Shown piece by piece: positions 30,978 to 41,300 of a stretch of DNA of 64,000 nucleotides; within the stretch, counting starts at the first letter, position 1; each line of letters opens with the position of its first letter. A program made the position numbers and the translations under genes. The stretch lies in NCBI GenBank assembly GCA_964572155.1, contig CAZNDZ010000001.1:207300-271299 (forward strand), read 5' to 3'. The stretch is from an uncultured Planctomycetales bacterium. Its GTDB lineage: Bacteria > Omnitrophota > Gorgyraeia > Zapsychrales > Fredricksoniimonadaceae. Below the pieces are notes generated by a model that made no database searches, was not told the DNA's origin, and saw only the letters and a program-made list of their open reading frames with translations.

Positions 30978-32099
30978 ATGCAACGTTACCTATTTGATTT
31001 GATCAGAAACGATCTTGACAGAAAAATTGTCCTTTTAAGCGGCCCACGACAGGTTGGCAAGACAACCATGGCTAAATCATTTTATGTTAATTCTAGCGAG
31101 TACTTTAATATGGACAATGCGCAGGATCGTTTGTTGATCAAAAAAATGGCCTGGAGACGTGACGCTGATTTGATCATTTTCGATGAATTACATAAGATTA
31201 AGAAATGGAAAGGTTGGATTAAAGGAATATATGATTCACATGGCATTCGGCCAAGGCTTTTCGTTACTGGTTCCTCAAGGCTAGATATCCTTCGTAAAGG
31301 AGGAGATTCTTTGGCAGGCAGATTCTTTCATTTCAGGTTACACCCGATATCGATTGCAGAAGTAAAAAATCAGTATGATCCTGCTGAAGCTCTTGACCGC
31401 ATCATGAAATTCGGAGGCTTTCCAGAGCCATTCTTAAATGCAGATGAAATATATACAAAACGATGGCGAAAATCTCATATTGAAACCATCTTAAAAGAAG
31501 ATGTTTTAGATGTTTCCTCTGTTCATGATATTCGCGGGATTGAAACCTTAACCACCCTGCTAAGTAATTGTGTCGGCAGCTCTATATCTTACGAATCTTT
31601 ATCAAGAGACTTGGAAGTCTCTCCGCACACCATCAAACAGTGGATAAAGATTTTAGAGAGCTTATATATTATATTTGTAATTCATCCTTATTCGAATAAT
31701 ATCGCGCGTAGCTTACTAAAACAGCCCAAAGTTTATTTCTACGATACTGGAGCTATTAAAGATGATCCTGGGGCTAGATTTGAAAATGCAGTAGCGTGTG
31801 CTTTATTAAAACGGCTTCATTTTCTGGAAGATGCGCTTGGCGAGAAATGTGCTTTGAATTATTTAAAAGATAAAGAAAAAAGAGAGGTTGATTTCATCAT
31901 GGTGCGTAATAGTAAGCCCGAATCATTAATTGAGGCGAAACTCTCTGACACTAAAACATCTTCGATTAACCACTTTGCTCAGTTTTTTGATAAAGAGGTT
32001 TCAAAAATATTGCTCGTAAAAAATATTGAGCGAGAATTGTTTCTCGAAGGTGTTCATGTTAAACGTGCGGATGTGTGGTTAAGTAAATTGGAAGCTTAA
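30978..32099 (+). CDS. AAA+ superfamily ATPase of the COG1373 / DUF4143 family
   Basis: MQRYLFDLIRNDLDRKIVLLSGPRQVGKTTMAKSF... (Walker A) ...LIIFDELHKIKKWKGWIKGIYD... (Walker B), typical COG1373 architecture. The track ORF starts at GTG 30930. The internal ATG 30978 is preferred because the product begins with the family-typical MQRYL... and a promoter overlaps the extension. Confidence 0.75.
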   Translation: MQRYLFDLIRNDLDRKIVLLSGPRQVGKTTMAKSFYVNSSEYFNMDNAQDRLLIKKMAWRRDADLIIFDELHKIKKWKGWIKGIYDSHGIRPRLFVTGSSRLDILRKGGDSLAGRFFHFRLHPISIAEVKNQYDPAEALDRIMKFGGFPEPFLNADEIYTKRWRKSHIETILKEDVLDVSSVHDIRGIETLTTLLSNCVGSSISYESLSRDLEVSPHTIKQWIKILESLYIIFVIHPYSNNIARSLLKQPKVYFYDTGAIKDDPGARFENAVACALLKRLHFLEDALGEKCALNYLKDKEKREVDFIMVRNSKPESLIEAKLSDTKTSSINHFAQFFDKEVSKILLVKNIERELFLEGVHVKRADVWLSKLEA

Positions 32100-32103
32100 A
32101 TAC

Positions 32104-35100
32104 TTACTGCAAGAATTCTTTGAGATTAGACAGGGGGAGGATGTTGAGGATGATCGGGGTGAGGCCTGGGGCGCTTTGGGTCTTTTGTAGTGTTTCGGGA
32201 GAAAGATTAAATTTAATATCTTGTCCATTGCTAGTTAAGCCTATATCTAAGTCATTAAAATCAATACCGCCGTAGCTATCTTGTTCATTATCAATGACTT
32301 TCTGACTTAACATTGCTTTATCATCTGAAAGAAAGGCTGTTTTTACAAAAATATCTGGGAAACTTTCTTCAAGTTTTGCTCTTGCTCCATCCACAAGCCC
32401 ATCACCAGATATCACAAGTACTTTCTTATTCTGCTTTGCATAAACTTCTAAATCTTGTCCGAGCTTAATACCCGAATCCCTAAGCAAAGCAACATATTTC
32501 CTTTCAAGTGCTATTCTTTCTTGAACTAAAATCACATCTTCTGGTTTTGCTTTTGCCAAAATACTTTCTAATCTTGTAATATCTGCTCCATGGGCCTTAA
32601 TTGCTGCTTCTAATTCAGAAATTGTTCTGGACTTTCTAATCTCATCAAAAAACTTTATGTTCTCCAAAGGTACACCATTTTGTGCCACCCAAAAGGATGA
32701 CCTAACAATAAGTTGATTTAACTTTGTTCTTATTTCTTGTTCCTCGGGGTTTGATGGATGAACCATTTGAAATGTATTTCTACCAACAAATATCTTAGAA
32801 TCTCTCATAACAAGATTCTCCCAATCGCTCATCATTATTGCCCTAATTAATCTTACGGATTGCTTCTTAAGTTCTTCCTCGTTATCCCACTTTTGAGAAC
32901 TAGAAGCAAAGATTGAGTCAATAATCTTTTCGCTTTGTACCCATCGAGCCTTAGCTCTTTCGATATCAAAATCCTTAGAGTTAATCGTAGCTGTAACAAA
33001 GGCAACATTATAAATATCTGGAAATTGTTTTAACTGATCTAGAATTTCCTCAAAATTCTTCTCGGAAGCATTTGCTTCTTTAATTCCTCTTCGGTTCAAC
33101 ATGCGAATTAATTCACCTTTTGTTTCGCTTGTTGTCTTACCACTTGTTGCAATCGTTCTAATTGTATCTCTAACCTCTGGAGAAAACCCTCTGCCGCCAA
33201 CTAATACAATGCTTGGATTTTCCTTCTTCGCCACAACTTCCACCTTCTTTTCATCTTGAGCCTTACTAATACCTCCCGCTAATAATGAACTCGTAGCAAC
33301 TAACGCTTTTCTTCTACTAACTTTATTACTTAACATTGCTCGATCGTCAGAGAGATAGTGAGCCTCTACTACTGCATCGGGTAAATTACTTTCCAAGGCC
33401 GACTGAGTATCTGCAATAAGACCATCCCCAGTGAGAACCAAAACTTTCTTACCTTGTTTCGCGTAATTCTCTAGCTCTTTCGAAAGAATTTCTGAAAATT
33501 GTTTTCCTAATGCAAGATGCTCACGATGAATAGTTAATCTCTCGTCTACTAGAGCAACATCTGATGGACGAACTTTCATTAAAGCATCTTTAAGTCTTTG
33601 GATTTCCATCGCTCTTTTCTTAATAACACCTTCAAGCTCTGCGGAGTTTCTTGCTGCTGTTATCTCATCGAAGAATTTTATATACTCGAGTGGTACATTA
33701 TCTCTTGCTGTCCAAAATGTAGAACGTATAACGTGCTCTTGAATCTTGGCAACCTTATCTTTTGCTTCTGAGGTCGTAGGGATTACCAATTGAACTGCTT
33801 TGCGATCTTTAAAAATGGTTGAATCTCTCATTACTAAATTCTCCCACCCACTCATTACAAGCGCTCTAGCTGCTTTAATTGCATATTGCTTTAACTCGTC
33901 TTCATTGTCCCATTTTCTAGAACTAGAAGCAAAAATTGCATTTATAACTTGTTCACTTTGTGCCCATCTGGTTTTAGCTCTTTCGAGATCAAAATCTCTT
34001 GGATTTAATGCGGTGACCGTAAACGCTACCGTATCAATTTCTTTATATTTTCTTAAAAAACCTAACATTTCATTCATGTTCTTCTCAAAAGCATCAACTT
34101 CTTTTTTGCCTTTTCTTAATAATGCCGTGATTAACTGTGCCTTTGGATCTGTAGAAGCTTTTCCAGTTACAAGAGGAAGAATTGTATCTTTTACCTCTGG
34201 AGAGAACCCTCTTCCCCCAACCAAAACTATACTTGGGCTTTCTCTTTTGCCCACAATCTCCACCTTCGTCAGCATTGGCGTATTGCCATCTCGTTTTGAA
34301 ATAGCGACGATGGGTTTGCCTTCGATTCTTGCGTGGGTTCTGATGGCGTCCATGGCGGCGCGGTATTTAGTGGCGTTCTTTAAGGTGTCTGGGGATATGC
34401 GGACATAGAAAATTTTTCTGTTTTTAAATGCGTCGGGGTTGGCGCGTTTAAGCATGGTCCATGGATCTGCAATGCCATGTAAGACAGCTTCTGTGACAGC
34501 TGTGATCGTCAGCGGTAAGTTGATCATGCCTTTGCCTTGTTCTGTCAAAAGATTCTTGATGGCTGTGGCTGTGGCGTCTAAATTAGCCTCGCCTTGAGCA
34601 AGGGGTTCGGGAACTAAATTTTCATTTTCGCTTTGATAGATAATCACCACATTTGAGTCGGCGTCTTTCGATAAAACTTTTTGTAGATCATCCATGCCTA
34701 GTCGAATTTGAAGCAACTTCTTTTGCATTTTATCGGTGAACTTTAATAATTGAGCAACGCCTTCTTTATCTTTTAACTGAGCGCGTTGTATTGCCTCAAG
34801 CTCTGCCTTCTCATCATCGCTATATCCCTGCATGATAACGCTCTCGATTTTTTGCTCGTCAGAACCAGCAAGAGCTAACACAGTTCCCGCTACAGCGATT
34901 TGACCTGCTCGGCTTAAGAATTTTCTTCTGGTTTCACCCGACATCGCCTTGTCCAACGGAACCGAACCAGAAAAAGCTAAGTTAGCTTCCACAACAAATT
35001 GACGCTTGCCTACTTGCTCTGCGCTCATGGCTTTATTGGTGATGTTAACGGTTTTATCAATATTCCCAAACGACGCCCCGCCGGAGAAATACTTTCTTGG

Positions 35101-36162
35101 AATCGTCTTTTGGGTTAGTGGGTCTTGTTCTTCCTTAATATAGTTATAGGCACCGACTTTGAAGGCTTCGATGTATTGTTGATAGATTTTTTCATTGGTT
35201 TGGTCGTCGTTAAACTTGATGCCGGCGACCTTGTTTTGATTGGCGTAGGCTTGTGAAATGACGCTGTCTTTTAATTTCTTTTTATACCATGTGGCTAAAA
35301 TGAGTGAATTATAGACTTGGCGGACGGTGGCGAAATTCTTGCCTTCGTTGATTTCTCTTTGTAATAGTGGAAGAACTACTTCTCTGATGACATCGGAAGC
35401 GACAAGAGCGGGTCCTGTCACTGAACTATTGCTTTTGTCCTCGCGAAACCCATCCCCCCGTGGGGTAGCAGGAGATGAAGCCATTGATCCCCTTTCGCTG
35501 CGGGTAAAATCAACAGCTTCAGCGCCACCCGCGACGTTCTTTTTTGATGCAAGGTAGTCTTGCTCCATCATAACTTTAAGGGACGATTTGACGATATAAG
35601 CGCTGCCAGATGTTGGGTTTTCGTAGACTTCGGCTTCGCTTGGGACGATCCAGACTTTATTGAAGGTATTGATAGGTACCGTAGCTGTGCCAAAACGCTC
35701 TTTGGCTTGGGCATAGACTTTAGCCCAAAATTCTTTTCCAGTCTGACTTTCTGGATATATGATCGAAGCTGTAAGTTGTTTGAGTATATAGTCTTGCGCC
35801 AAAAGGTCGCGGCCCATTTCGGTTTGGCCGAAGCTTTGGGGCACGATGCGGTCCTTCTCATAAGGGCTTAAGTTAACCCATAAATCGCCATAAGGGGTTG
35901 TGACAGCGGCTAGGAAATATTTAACGAGCTTGGTGGCTTCTGGCTTGCTTACGGGGCTTTTTTGATCGCCTTGGTCTAAGACGAAATCAAAGCGGAATGG
36001 ATCATCGCGGTGAACCTTAATCCCGCGCAAGGTTGGCGCCACAAAAGACGGACTTACATTGACCATGGTCCCTGGTTTTGGCAACACCAAAGAATCTGCC
36101 TTCACAGGCTGGATAAAAGTCAATAAAAAACAAAAGATTAATATTGGGGCTATTCTCTTCAT
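32104..36162 (-). CDS. Secreted 1352-aa protein with a tandemly duplicated ~315-aa module of unknown function
   Basis: Signal peptide MKRIAPILIFCFLLTFIQPVKA|DS. Two paralogous units: aa ~638-950 (KRESPSIVLVGGRGFSPEVKDTI...KKVLVLTGDGLIADTQSALESNLPDAVVEAHYLSDDRAMLSNKV) and aa ~978-1290 (KKENPSIVLVGGRGFSPEVRDTI...KKVLVISGDGLVDGARAKLEESFPDIFVKTAFLSDDKAMLSQKV), ~45% identical by eye. The unit ends faintly resemble the TraB/GumN/Tiki family. Confidence 0.8.
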   Translation of the reverse strand: MKRIAPILIFCFLLTFIQPVKADSLVLPKPGTMVNVSPSFVAPTLRGIKVHRDDPFRFDFVLDQGDQKSPVSKPEATKLVKYFLAAVTTPYGDLWVNLSPYEKDRIVPQSFGQTEMGRDLLAQDYILKQLTASIIYPESQTGKEFWAKVYAQAKERFGTATVPINTFNKVWIVPSEAEVYENPTSGSAYIVKSSLKVMMEQDYLASKKNVAGGAEAVDFTRSERGSMASSPATPRGDGFREDKSNSSVTGPALVASDVIREVVLPLLQREINEGKNFATVRQVYNSLILATWYKKKLKDSVISQAYANQNKVAGIKFNDDQTNEKIYQQYIEAFKVGAYNYIKEEQDPLTQKTIPRKYFSGGASFGNIDKTVNITNKAMSAEQVGKRQFVVEANLAFSGSVPLDKAMSGETRRKFLSRAGQIAVAGTVLALAGSDEQKIESVIMQGYSDDEKAELEAIQRAQLKDKEGVAQLLKFTDKMQKKLLQIRLGMDDLQKVLSKDADSNVVIIYQSENENLVPEPLAQGEANLDATATAIKNLLTEQGKGMINLPLTITAVTEAVLHGIADPWTMLKRANPDAFKNRKIFYVRISPDTLKNATKYRAAMDAIRTHARIEGKPIVAISKRDGNTPMLTKVEIVGKRESPSIVLVGGRGFSPEVKDTILPLVTGKASTDPKAQLITALLRKGKKEVDAFEKNMNEMLGFLRKYKEIDTVAFTVTALNPRDFDLERAKTRWAQSEQVINAIFASSSRKWDNEDELKQYAIKAARALVMSGWENLVMRDSTIFKDRKAVQLVIPTTSEAKDKVAKIQEHVIRSTFWTARDNVPLEYIKFFDEITAARNSAELEGVIKKRAMEIQRLKDALMKVRPSDVALVDERLTIHREHLALGKQFSEILSKELENYAKQGKKVLVLTGDGLIADTQSALESNLPDAVVEAHYLSDDRAMLSNKVSRRKALVATSSLLAGGISKAQDEKKVEVVAKKENPSIVLVGGRGFSPEVRDTIRTIATSGKTTSETKGELIRMLNRRGIKEANASEKNFEEILDQLKQFPDIYNVAFVTATINSKDFDIERAKARWVQSEKIIDSIFASSSQKWDNEEELKKQSVRLIRAIMMSDWENLVMRDSKIFVGRNTFQMVHPSNPEEQEIRTKLNQLIVRSSFWVAQNGVPLENIKFFDEIRKSRTISELEAAIKAHGADITRLESILAKAKPEDVILVQERIALERKYVALLRDSGIKLGQDLEVYAKQNKKVLVISGDGLVDGARAKLEESFPDIFVKTAFLSDDKAMLSQKVIDNEQDSYGGIDFNDLDIGLTSNGQDIKFNLSPETLQKTQSAPGLTPIILNILPLSNLKEFLQ
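32292..33231 (-). repeat. Repeat unit 2 of the duplicated module (protein level)
   Basis: As above; collinear with unit 1. Confidence 0.6.
33310..34251 (-). repeat. Repeat unit 1 of the duplicated module (protein level)
   Basis: Coordinates derived by counting residues in the ORF translation. Confidence 0.6.
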
Positions 36163-36225
36163 ATGACAGGAGTGAGATTATCACTTCTGTCGTCGATTGG
36201 CAAGAGGAATTTATGGTAGCGCCTT

Positions 36226-37164
36226 TTAGTTGCCACCCAGCTTTTTAAGCGGGTTATTTTGGAAGAAGTCTAAGAAAACAGGTCCGGCAACCAAGATCCC
36301 AACCACTGGAAAGATAAACAAAAGTAATGGGATGAGCATTTTAAGTGGGGCTTTCATGGCCATTTGTTCGCCGCGGCGAAATCTTGCTTCGCGCATGTCT
36401 TCGGATAAGATGTTGAGCGCTTCACTGACTGATGTTCCCATGCGGTCAGCTTGGATGAGCGTACGCGCAAAAGTGGATAAATCTGGTAAATCATATTTGC
36501 GGGCCATGTCACGCAATGCGTCGCGGCGTGGTTTGCCGACATTGATCTCTTGGATCATGTTGCGCAATTCTTGGATGATCACCGTCGGCGCAGATTTTTC
36601 AATCACATATTTTAATGCCATCATAAAATCAAGACCTGCATTAACGCAAAGCCCTAAAAGATCGACGGTGTCAGGCAAATCGCGCACCATGGCATCGCGA
36701 ATTTTGCTAATCTTCGACTTGAGCCAAAAATCTGGCAGGAAATAACCAGCACCAATCGCGACAAAAATACCCATCATAAAACCTTCGTTGCTGGGCTCGA
36801 TAAAAATAAACACAACCCAAATCAACGCAAAGATCATAGCTTCTTTAAGCAAGATAAACTCTTCGGGACTAATCGGCACGCGTGCCATGCTTAAATCCTT
36901 CGCGATGCGTTGACCCAATGCTCCGACGACAAATGGCTTATTAAACACCGCAAAACGGGTGCTCATGTCTGAAATAACAAAGGCTAACCCTGTTTTCTTA
37001 GCTGTTCTGCTTTGTGGCGCGGCAATGCCTGTAACGGCAGGATCAGCCATGGGATCCATGTTTAGCGTCGGACGAAATACAATTTTAAACGGGATAAACA
37101 TGAGGCCTATGGCCATCACCGTCATGAACGCAAACAATAATCCAACAAATAATAAAGCTGACAT
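36226..37164 (-). CDS. tadC: Tad pilus inner-membrane platform protein (T2SS-F domain), TadC-like
   Basis: 312 aa with an N-terminal TM, a cytoplasmic T2SSF-like domain (...DLPDTVDLLGLCVNAGLDF...) and C-terminal TMs. It follows a TadB-like gene, in the usual tadA-tadB-tadC order. Confidence 0.7.
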   Translation of the reverse strand: MSALLFVGLLFAFMTVMAIGLMFIPFKIVFRPTLNMDPMADPAVTGIAAPQSRTAKKTGLAFVISDMSTRFAVFNKPFVVGALGQRIAKDLSMARVPISPEEFILLKEAMIFALIWVVFIFIEPSNEGFMMGIFVAIGAGYFLPDFWLKSKISKIRDAMVRDLPDTVDLLGLCVNAGLDFMMALKYVIEKSAPTVIIQELRNMIQEINVGKPRRDALRDMARKYDLPDLSTFARTLIQADRMGTSVSEALNILSEDMREARFRRGEQMAMKAPLKMLIPLLLFIFPVVGILVAGPVFLDFFQNNPLKKLGGN

Positions 37165-38027
37165 TAGAAGTCCTTAAATTTAGAAATTTTCCAAATGCTC
37201 AACGCGCCAAGTGTCCATAAGATGATACACGCAACCGTTAATTGTTGTCCCATCGGTGAATCACGCATAACATCAAAAAAATGAGGATTGCTTGACGAGA
37301 CAGCAAAATAGAATAAAACAGGCAAGCCTGTCATGACGACACCTTGGATTTTTCCTTGCACCGTCAATGTGGTTAAGCTTTGTTCAACCTTGCGTCGCTC
37401 GCGGGTGGAGGCAATGATGCGCGAGAAAATAAGCGCCAAGTTCCCCCCTGTTTCACGTGCTAACAAAACAGCGGTGACCACTTGCTGCATCGCTGGTGAC
37501 GGCATGCGCTTATAAAGACGGTTTAAGCTATCGTCCAAGGCAACCCCCATTTTATTTTCACCAAGGACAATACCAAATTCTTGACGCAGGGGATCAGGCA
37601 TTTCTTCGACGACAGACTCAATGGCTTGAATCAAACTCAGACCACCGCGGAACGAACTCGACATGATCATTAACGCATCCATCAATTGATTAGCAAACAT
37701 ACTCTTGCGTTTTGAAATCAAGTAACTTAAATGCACGCGAGGGATAAACACGCCTGCGACAATGCCGACGACAATACCGGCAAATTTCATGTCCGGTGGC
37801 GCAAAATAAACTGCCAAGCCGCCCAACAACAGCGGCACATAAATGATCATCTTCTGCGACTTTTTGATCTGATCTTCATTTAGAACAGCGTCGAACTTTA
37901 CAGCAAATTGTGCCTGACTTTTTTGATTCAAGGCAGCTGCGCGCTCCATCATGAAAGGGACAATGAAAATGACCACGATCATGACAGCCGCAAAAACAAG
38001 TATTAATCCGACGAACAAACTAAACAT
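37164..38027 (-). CDS. tadB: Tad pilus inner-membrane platform protein (T2SS-F domain), TadB-like
   Basis: 287 aa, TM-T2SSF-TM architecture (...MPDPLRQEFGIVLGENKMGVALDDSLNRL...). The stop overlaps the tadC start at 37164. Confidence 0.7.
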   Translation of the reverse strand: MFSLFVGLILVFAAVMIVVIFIVPFMMERAAALNQKSQAQFAVKFDAVLNEDQIKKSQKMIIYVPLLLGGLAVYFAPPDMKFAGIVVGIVAGVFIPRVHLSYLISKRKSMFANQLMDALMIMSSSFRGGLSLIQAIESVVEEMPDPLRQEFGIVLGENKMGVALDDSLNRLYKRMPSPAMQQVVTAVLLARETGGNLALIFSRIIASTRERRKVEQSLTTLTVQGKIQGVVMTGLPVLFYFAVSSSNPHFFDVMRDSPMGQQLTVACIILWTLGALSIWKISKFKDF

Positions 38028-38039
38028 CTTTATTTACCT

Positions 38040-38375
38040 TTATCTATTTGAACAAAATGCTGTCTGACATTCTGTTTTAACATCATCTTCACAAGCATAA
38101 TTGCCAGGTGTGCACGATTGAACTTTTCCTTGATAACAGGTGGCGTCATACCAAATGCCATTATTCGCATCAAGCTGTGAATAATCACATTCGACCGTAT
38201 TGCCATTATAGCGTCGACCCATCCCAAACGCATCGCCGCTTTTCTTCCAACTACCGCCAAACGCGCGGATCACATACGGCGAGATCACAATCATCCCACC
38301 TATGACGATTATAACCAATGCCATGTATTCCACAATAGATGCTGCTGTTTTTTTACGTAACATGATTATGGACAT
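38040..38375 (-). CDS. Flp/TadE-type pilin-like protein with a 7-Cys C-terminal domain
   Basis: Class-III signal-peptide-like N-terminus KKTAASIVEYMALVIIVIGGMIV, then ...VECDYSQLDANNGIWYDATCYQGKVQSCTPGNYACEDDVKTECQTAFCSNR. Confidence 0.6.
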   Translation of the reverse strand: MSIIMLRKKTAASIVEYMALVIIVIGGMIVISPYVIRAFGGSWKKSGDAFGMGRRYNGNTVECDYSQLDANNGIWYDATCYQGKVQSCTPGNYACEDDVKTECQTAFCSNR

Positions 38376-41300
38376 TTCTCAAAGTGAACACCTAACCCAC
38401 CGCTGTTATTGTCCCTGCCATACCGTGCGCAGACAGACGTTGTAACCCCCTTGGGTAATAAATTAAACATAACGTGATCATAACAGGCGCGCCCAGCACC
38501 ATTGAGCGGAGGCTCTCCGCTGATCATAAATGCGCCTTGCAATAGTGGCTTTGTTAAATTCGATGTTTCAACACCCCACACTGAACTTAATTGAGTGAAG
38601 GTGTCTGGATTAGCACTTAAACCTATCTTGTTCCAACTATTCGCGCCACCCGTACAAGGGATGGATGGATTTTGCGCATCTTCTGTCCCTGGCTTTCTAA
38701 AGCTGACCTTCCAAATGGGCATCTTGTTGGCAAAACTTGCCGTATCATGGTCTTCATCCCAGCGCACCACATTCACGCGAGCCATGCCGTCATAATTACG
38801 CAAGAAATAACAACGCGTCATCCCTAAGAATCCTTTTCTCTTGGTGCCAATTGATGGCAATGTCCCCGGCGCTGAAGCAGACACTTGCACCACATGCCAA
38901 TACCCTTCCGTCCTGCCCTTGCCAACCGGAGGATCCGGATCACGCCAGCCATAGATGATAGAATTTGGAATACTGTTTATCTGCGCTGCATTTTGTGCTG
39001 TGCGCGCCGCCACTAAGGCTTGTGCAGGGCCATCAATAAATGTCTTTAGATCGTCGGTAAATTCTTCAACAGCTTCTGTTGCGGAGCTCACATTGGCCAA
39101 AATTGGGCTCAAATAATTATAACGATTCCTGAATTTCTCCTGCTGTCCGCCAGGTCCTGTCATGGCAGCCATGGTATTATCTAACCATGTCTGATATTGT
39201 CCTTTATTATTAACACCCGCAGTACAGACATCATACGGACCTGTGTAATTTCCATACACCGAACGCGGCAATGTTGTTGCTTGATCACATTCAGGGCTTG
39301 GTGGACGATTTGGATTCGTTGCGCAGTATTGCGCAAACGTTTGTTCACCCGCATAACTAGCTTGACTATCTTGCAGCCATTGAGAATACGCGACCGGCGT
39401 GCTGCAATCATCGGGCATCGGCACAATCGCCGACGCTGGTAAATTTTGACAGCTAGCTATTGGGCCATTGGCACAAATTTGACTAATCGTATTGCTACCA
39501 TACTCCGTGATCTTGCTTTGTAGCCATGTGACATACGTATTTCCTAAACATACATTGGCATTTGTAAAACTTGGCTCGCCAGTGGTATTGGCTAATACAG
39601 TGCACGCCGTTGGTTTTGTTGGAGCGCCACAATATTGTGCCCGCGTTTGACCAAAATACGTAATGCTTTGATTAAGCCAATTAATATACTCAGAGTTAAC
39701 TGCGCACCCATCATAAATATCTGGCTTAGCGGGCGATGGCGCTGTTAATGCAAAACTATCGCAATCTGGCGACGGGGGTGCTGTTGGATTGCCGGCACAA
39801 TAACCTGGACCAGCAGCTTTTAATGTATCAATACGAGCTAAACACCCTCTATATTGATCTGATGCTTGGGCTTTGGCCAACGTTGCATTAACCGCTGTCT
39901 GACAAGTGTCAAACGTTTGCGCTTGGATGGCTTTATCATAATCTGTTTTACATGTTTGGAATTTAGCAACCAATGTCCCCGAATTTTTAATCCCTTCAAT
40001 CTTATCTTGGCATCGTTTAAAATAATAATGCGCTCCTGCTTGTGAATCGTAGTCGGAATACCATTTCAAGCATTGAACCACTGTCGGTAACGTGCCCCAC
40101 ACATTGCCTGCTGCAATGGTGTTTTGTTCAAGCGTTGATAAGCCCCCTTGATTGGTTGGCACACACCATGCTGTGTCACTGGAATGATCCTTATCTAACC
40201 AAGGGCGTAAGTGTGTTTCCCCCCATGTTTTAAGTCGGCGATGAAGCGTATATAATGCACCGCCGTCAGCACCATCACTATATCCATTGCCACACACAGC
40301 ATCATTGTTGCCATCACAAACCGGACCAACCCAATCTTTACCGCTTAATTGAGGAGGATTGGGCGTCTCATCATAAAATGTTTCTAGGCTCGTTGATAGG
40401 ACTGCTGGATCCGTCGCTAAAACTGCTTTGCCCCATGCATAAAATAACTTTAAATGATCGATTGTATCGTCGAGTAAATCTTCTGGCCACAAACCGCTGG
40501 TAGATTCCGCAGCTGTACAGCAATCATCCCCGTTATTCACTCCCGCGCAATTATACTTGTCACATTCTTCATAAGGCCAATCTGGCGTGCGGCAAAATGC
40601 TTCCTTGCCGGGCTTCCAGTTCAAACCATCTTCCGGCGCTGTTGTATTAGCACACATGTTTGCAGGTGCAAAAAATTTCGGATCTGAATCCACCGCATCA
40701 GAAATAAGCGCGCTTGGTGCGGTTGCGGCAATATCTGCATCGCTTGGTTTATGACGAATGTCTTGCATATCCCACAATGCTTTAAATAATCCTGTGTTAT
40801 TGGGAGAAGCAGGATTAGTGGTAAAGACATTAGGATACCCGCCAACACGCGCTTCTTCATCAATCCCTAACTTCGATAAGAATGAATCAAATTTTGTATA
40901 ATCTGGTCGTGTTGGGTCATAGGACAAGGGATATGTGCTGCCAAAAGCCCAAACATTGCCATTGTTACAAATTGCGGGAACTTGTGCCCGATCAGGACAA
41001 ATGTTGGCGGCTGGTCTTAAACTCTTGCCCGATTCTGGATCTGTCAATGGCTGACAACAAGGGTTATATCGAGGATCTTTAGATTTTACATCTGGCGCTG
41101 GATTGGAAATCTTTGGTAAAAGGGTGGTCAAGCCACTGGTGAATACACTTAAATCAACGGTTCCACGCTTAGATCTTAAGGCGCGTAATTGCTCCGTGTT
41201 ATAAAATGCATACCGAGAAATAGTATCTTCAGATTTACCGCGATCCACATTAAAACCATGTCGGCCATTACTATTGGAATCAAAATAATCCGTAACCTGC

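Noticed and set aside
32292-34251. Possibility that the duplicated module of the 1352-aa protein is a DNA-level repeat or assembly duplication
   Set aside because: The two units are only ~45% identical at protein level with many synonymous and non-synonymous differences. This is an ancient duplication, not a recent repeat or artifact.
33800-35871. Plus ORFs 33800..34408, 35327..35557, 35560..35871 and minus 35568..35861
   Set aside because: Located inside or antisense to the 1352-aa secreted-protein gene, whose frame is supported by a signal peptide and a duplicated module. They are shadows.
38030-38260. 76-aa minus ORF overlapping the Cys-rich pilin gene in another frame
   Set aside because: It lacks the class-III signal-peptide signature. 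The 38040..38375 frame carries the AASIVEYMALVIIV motif and the Cys-rich domain.
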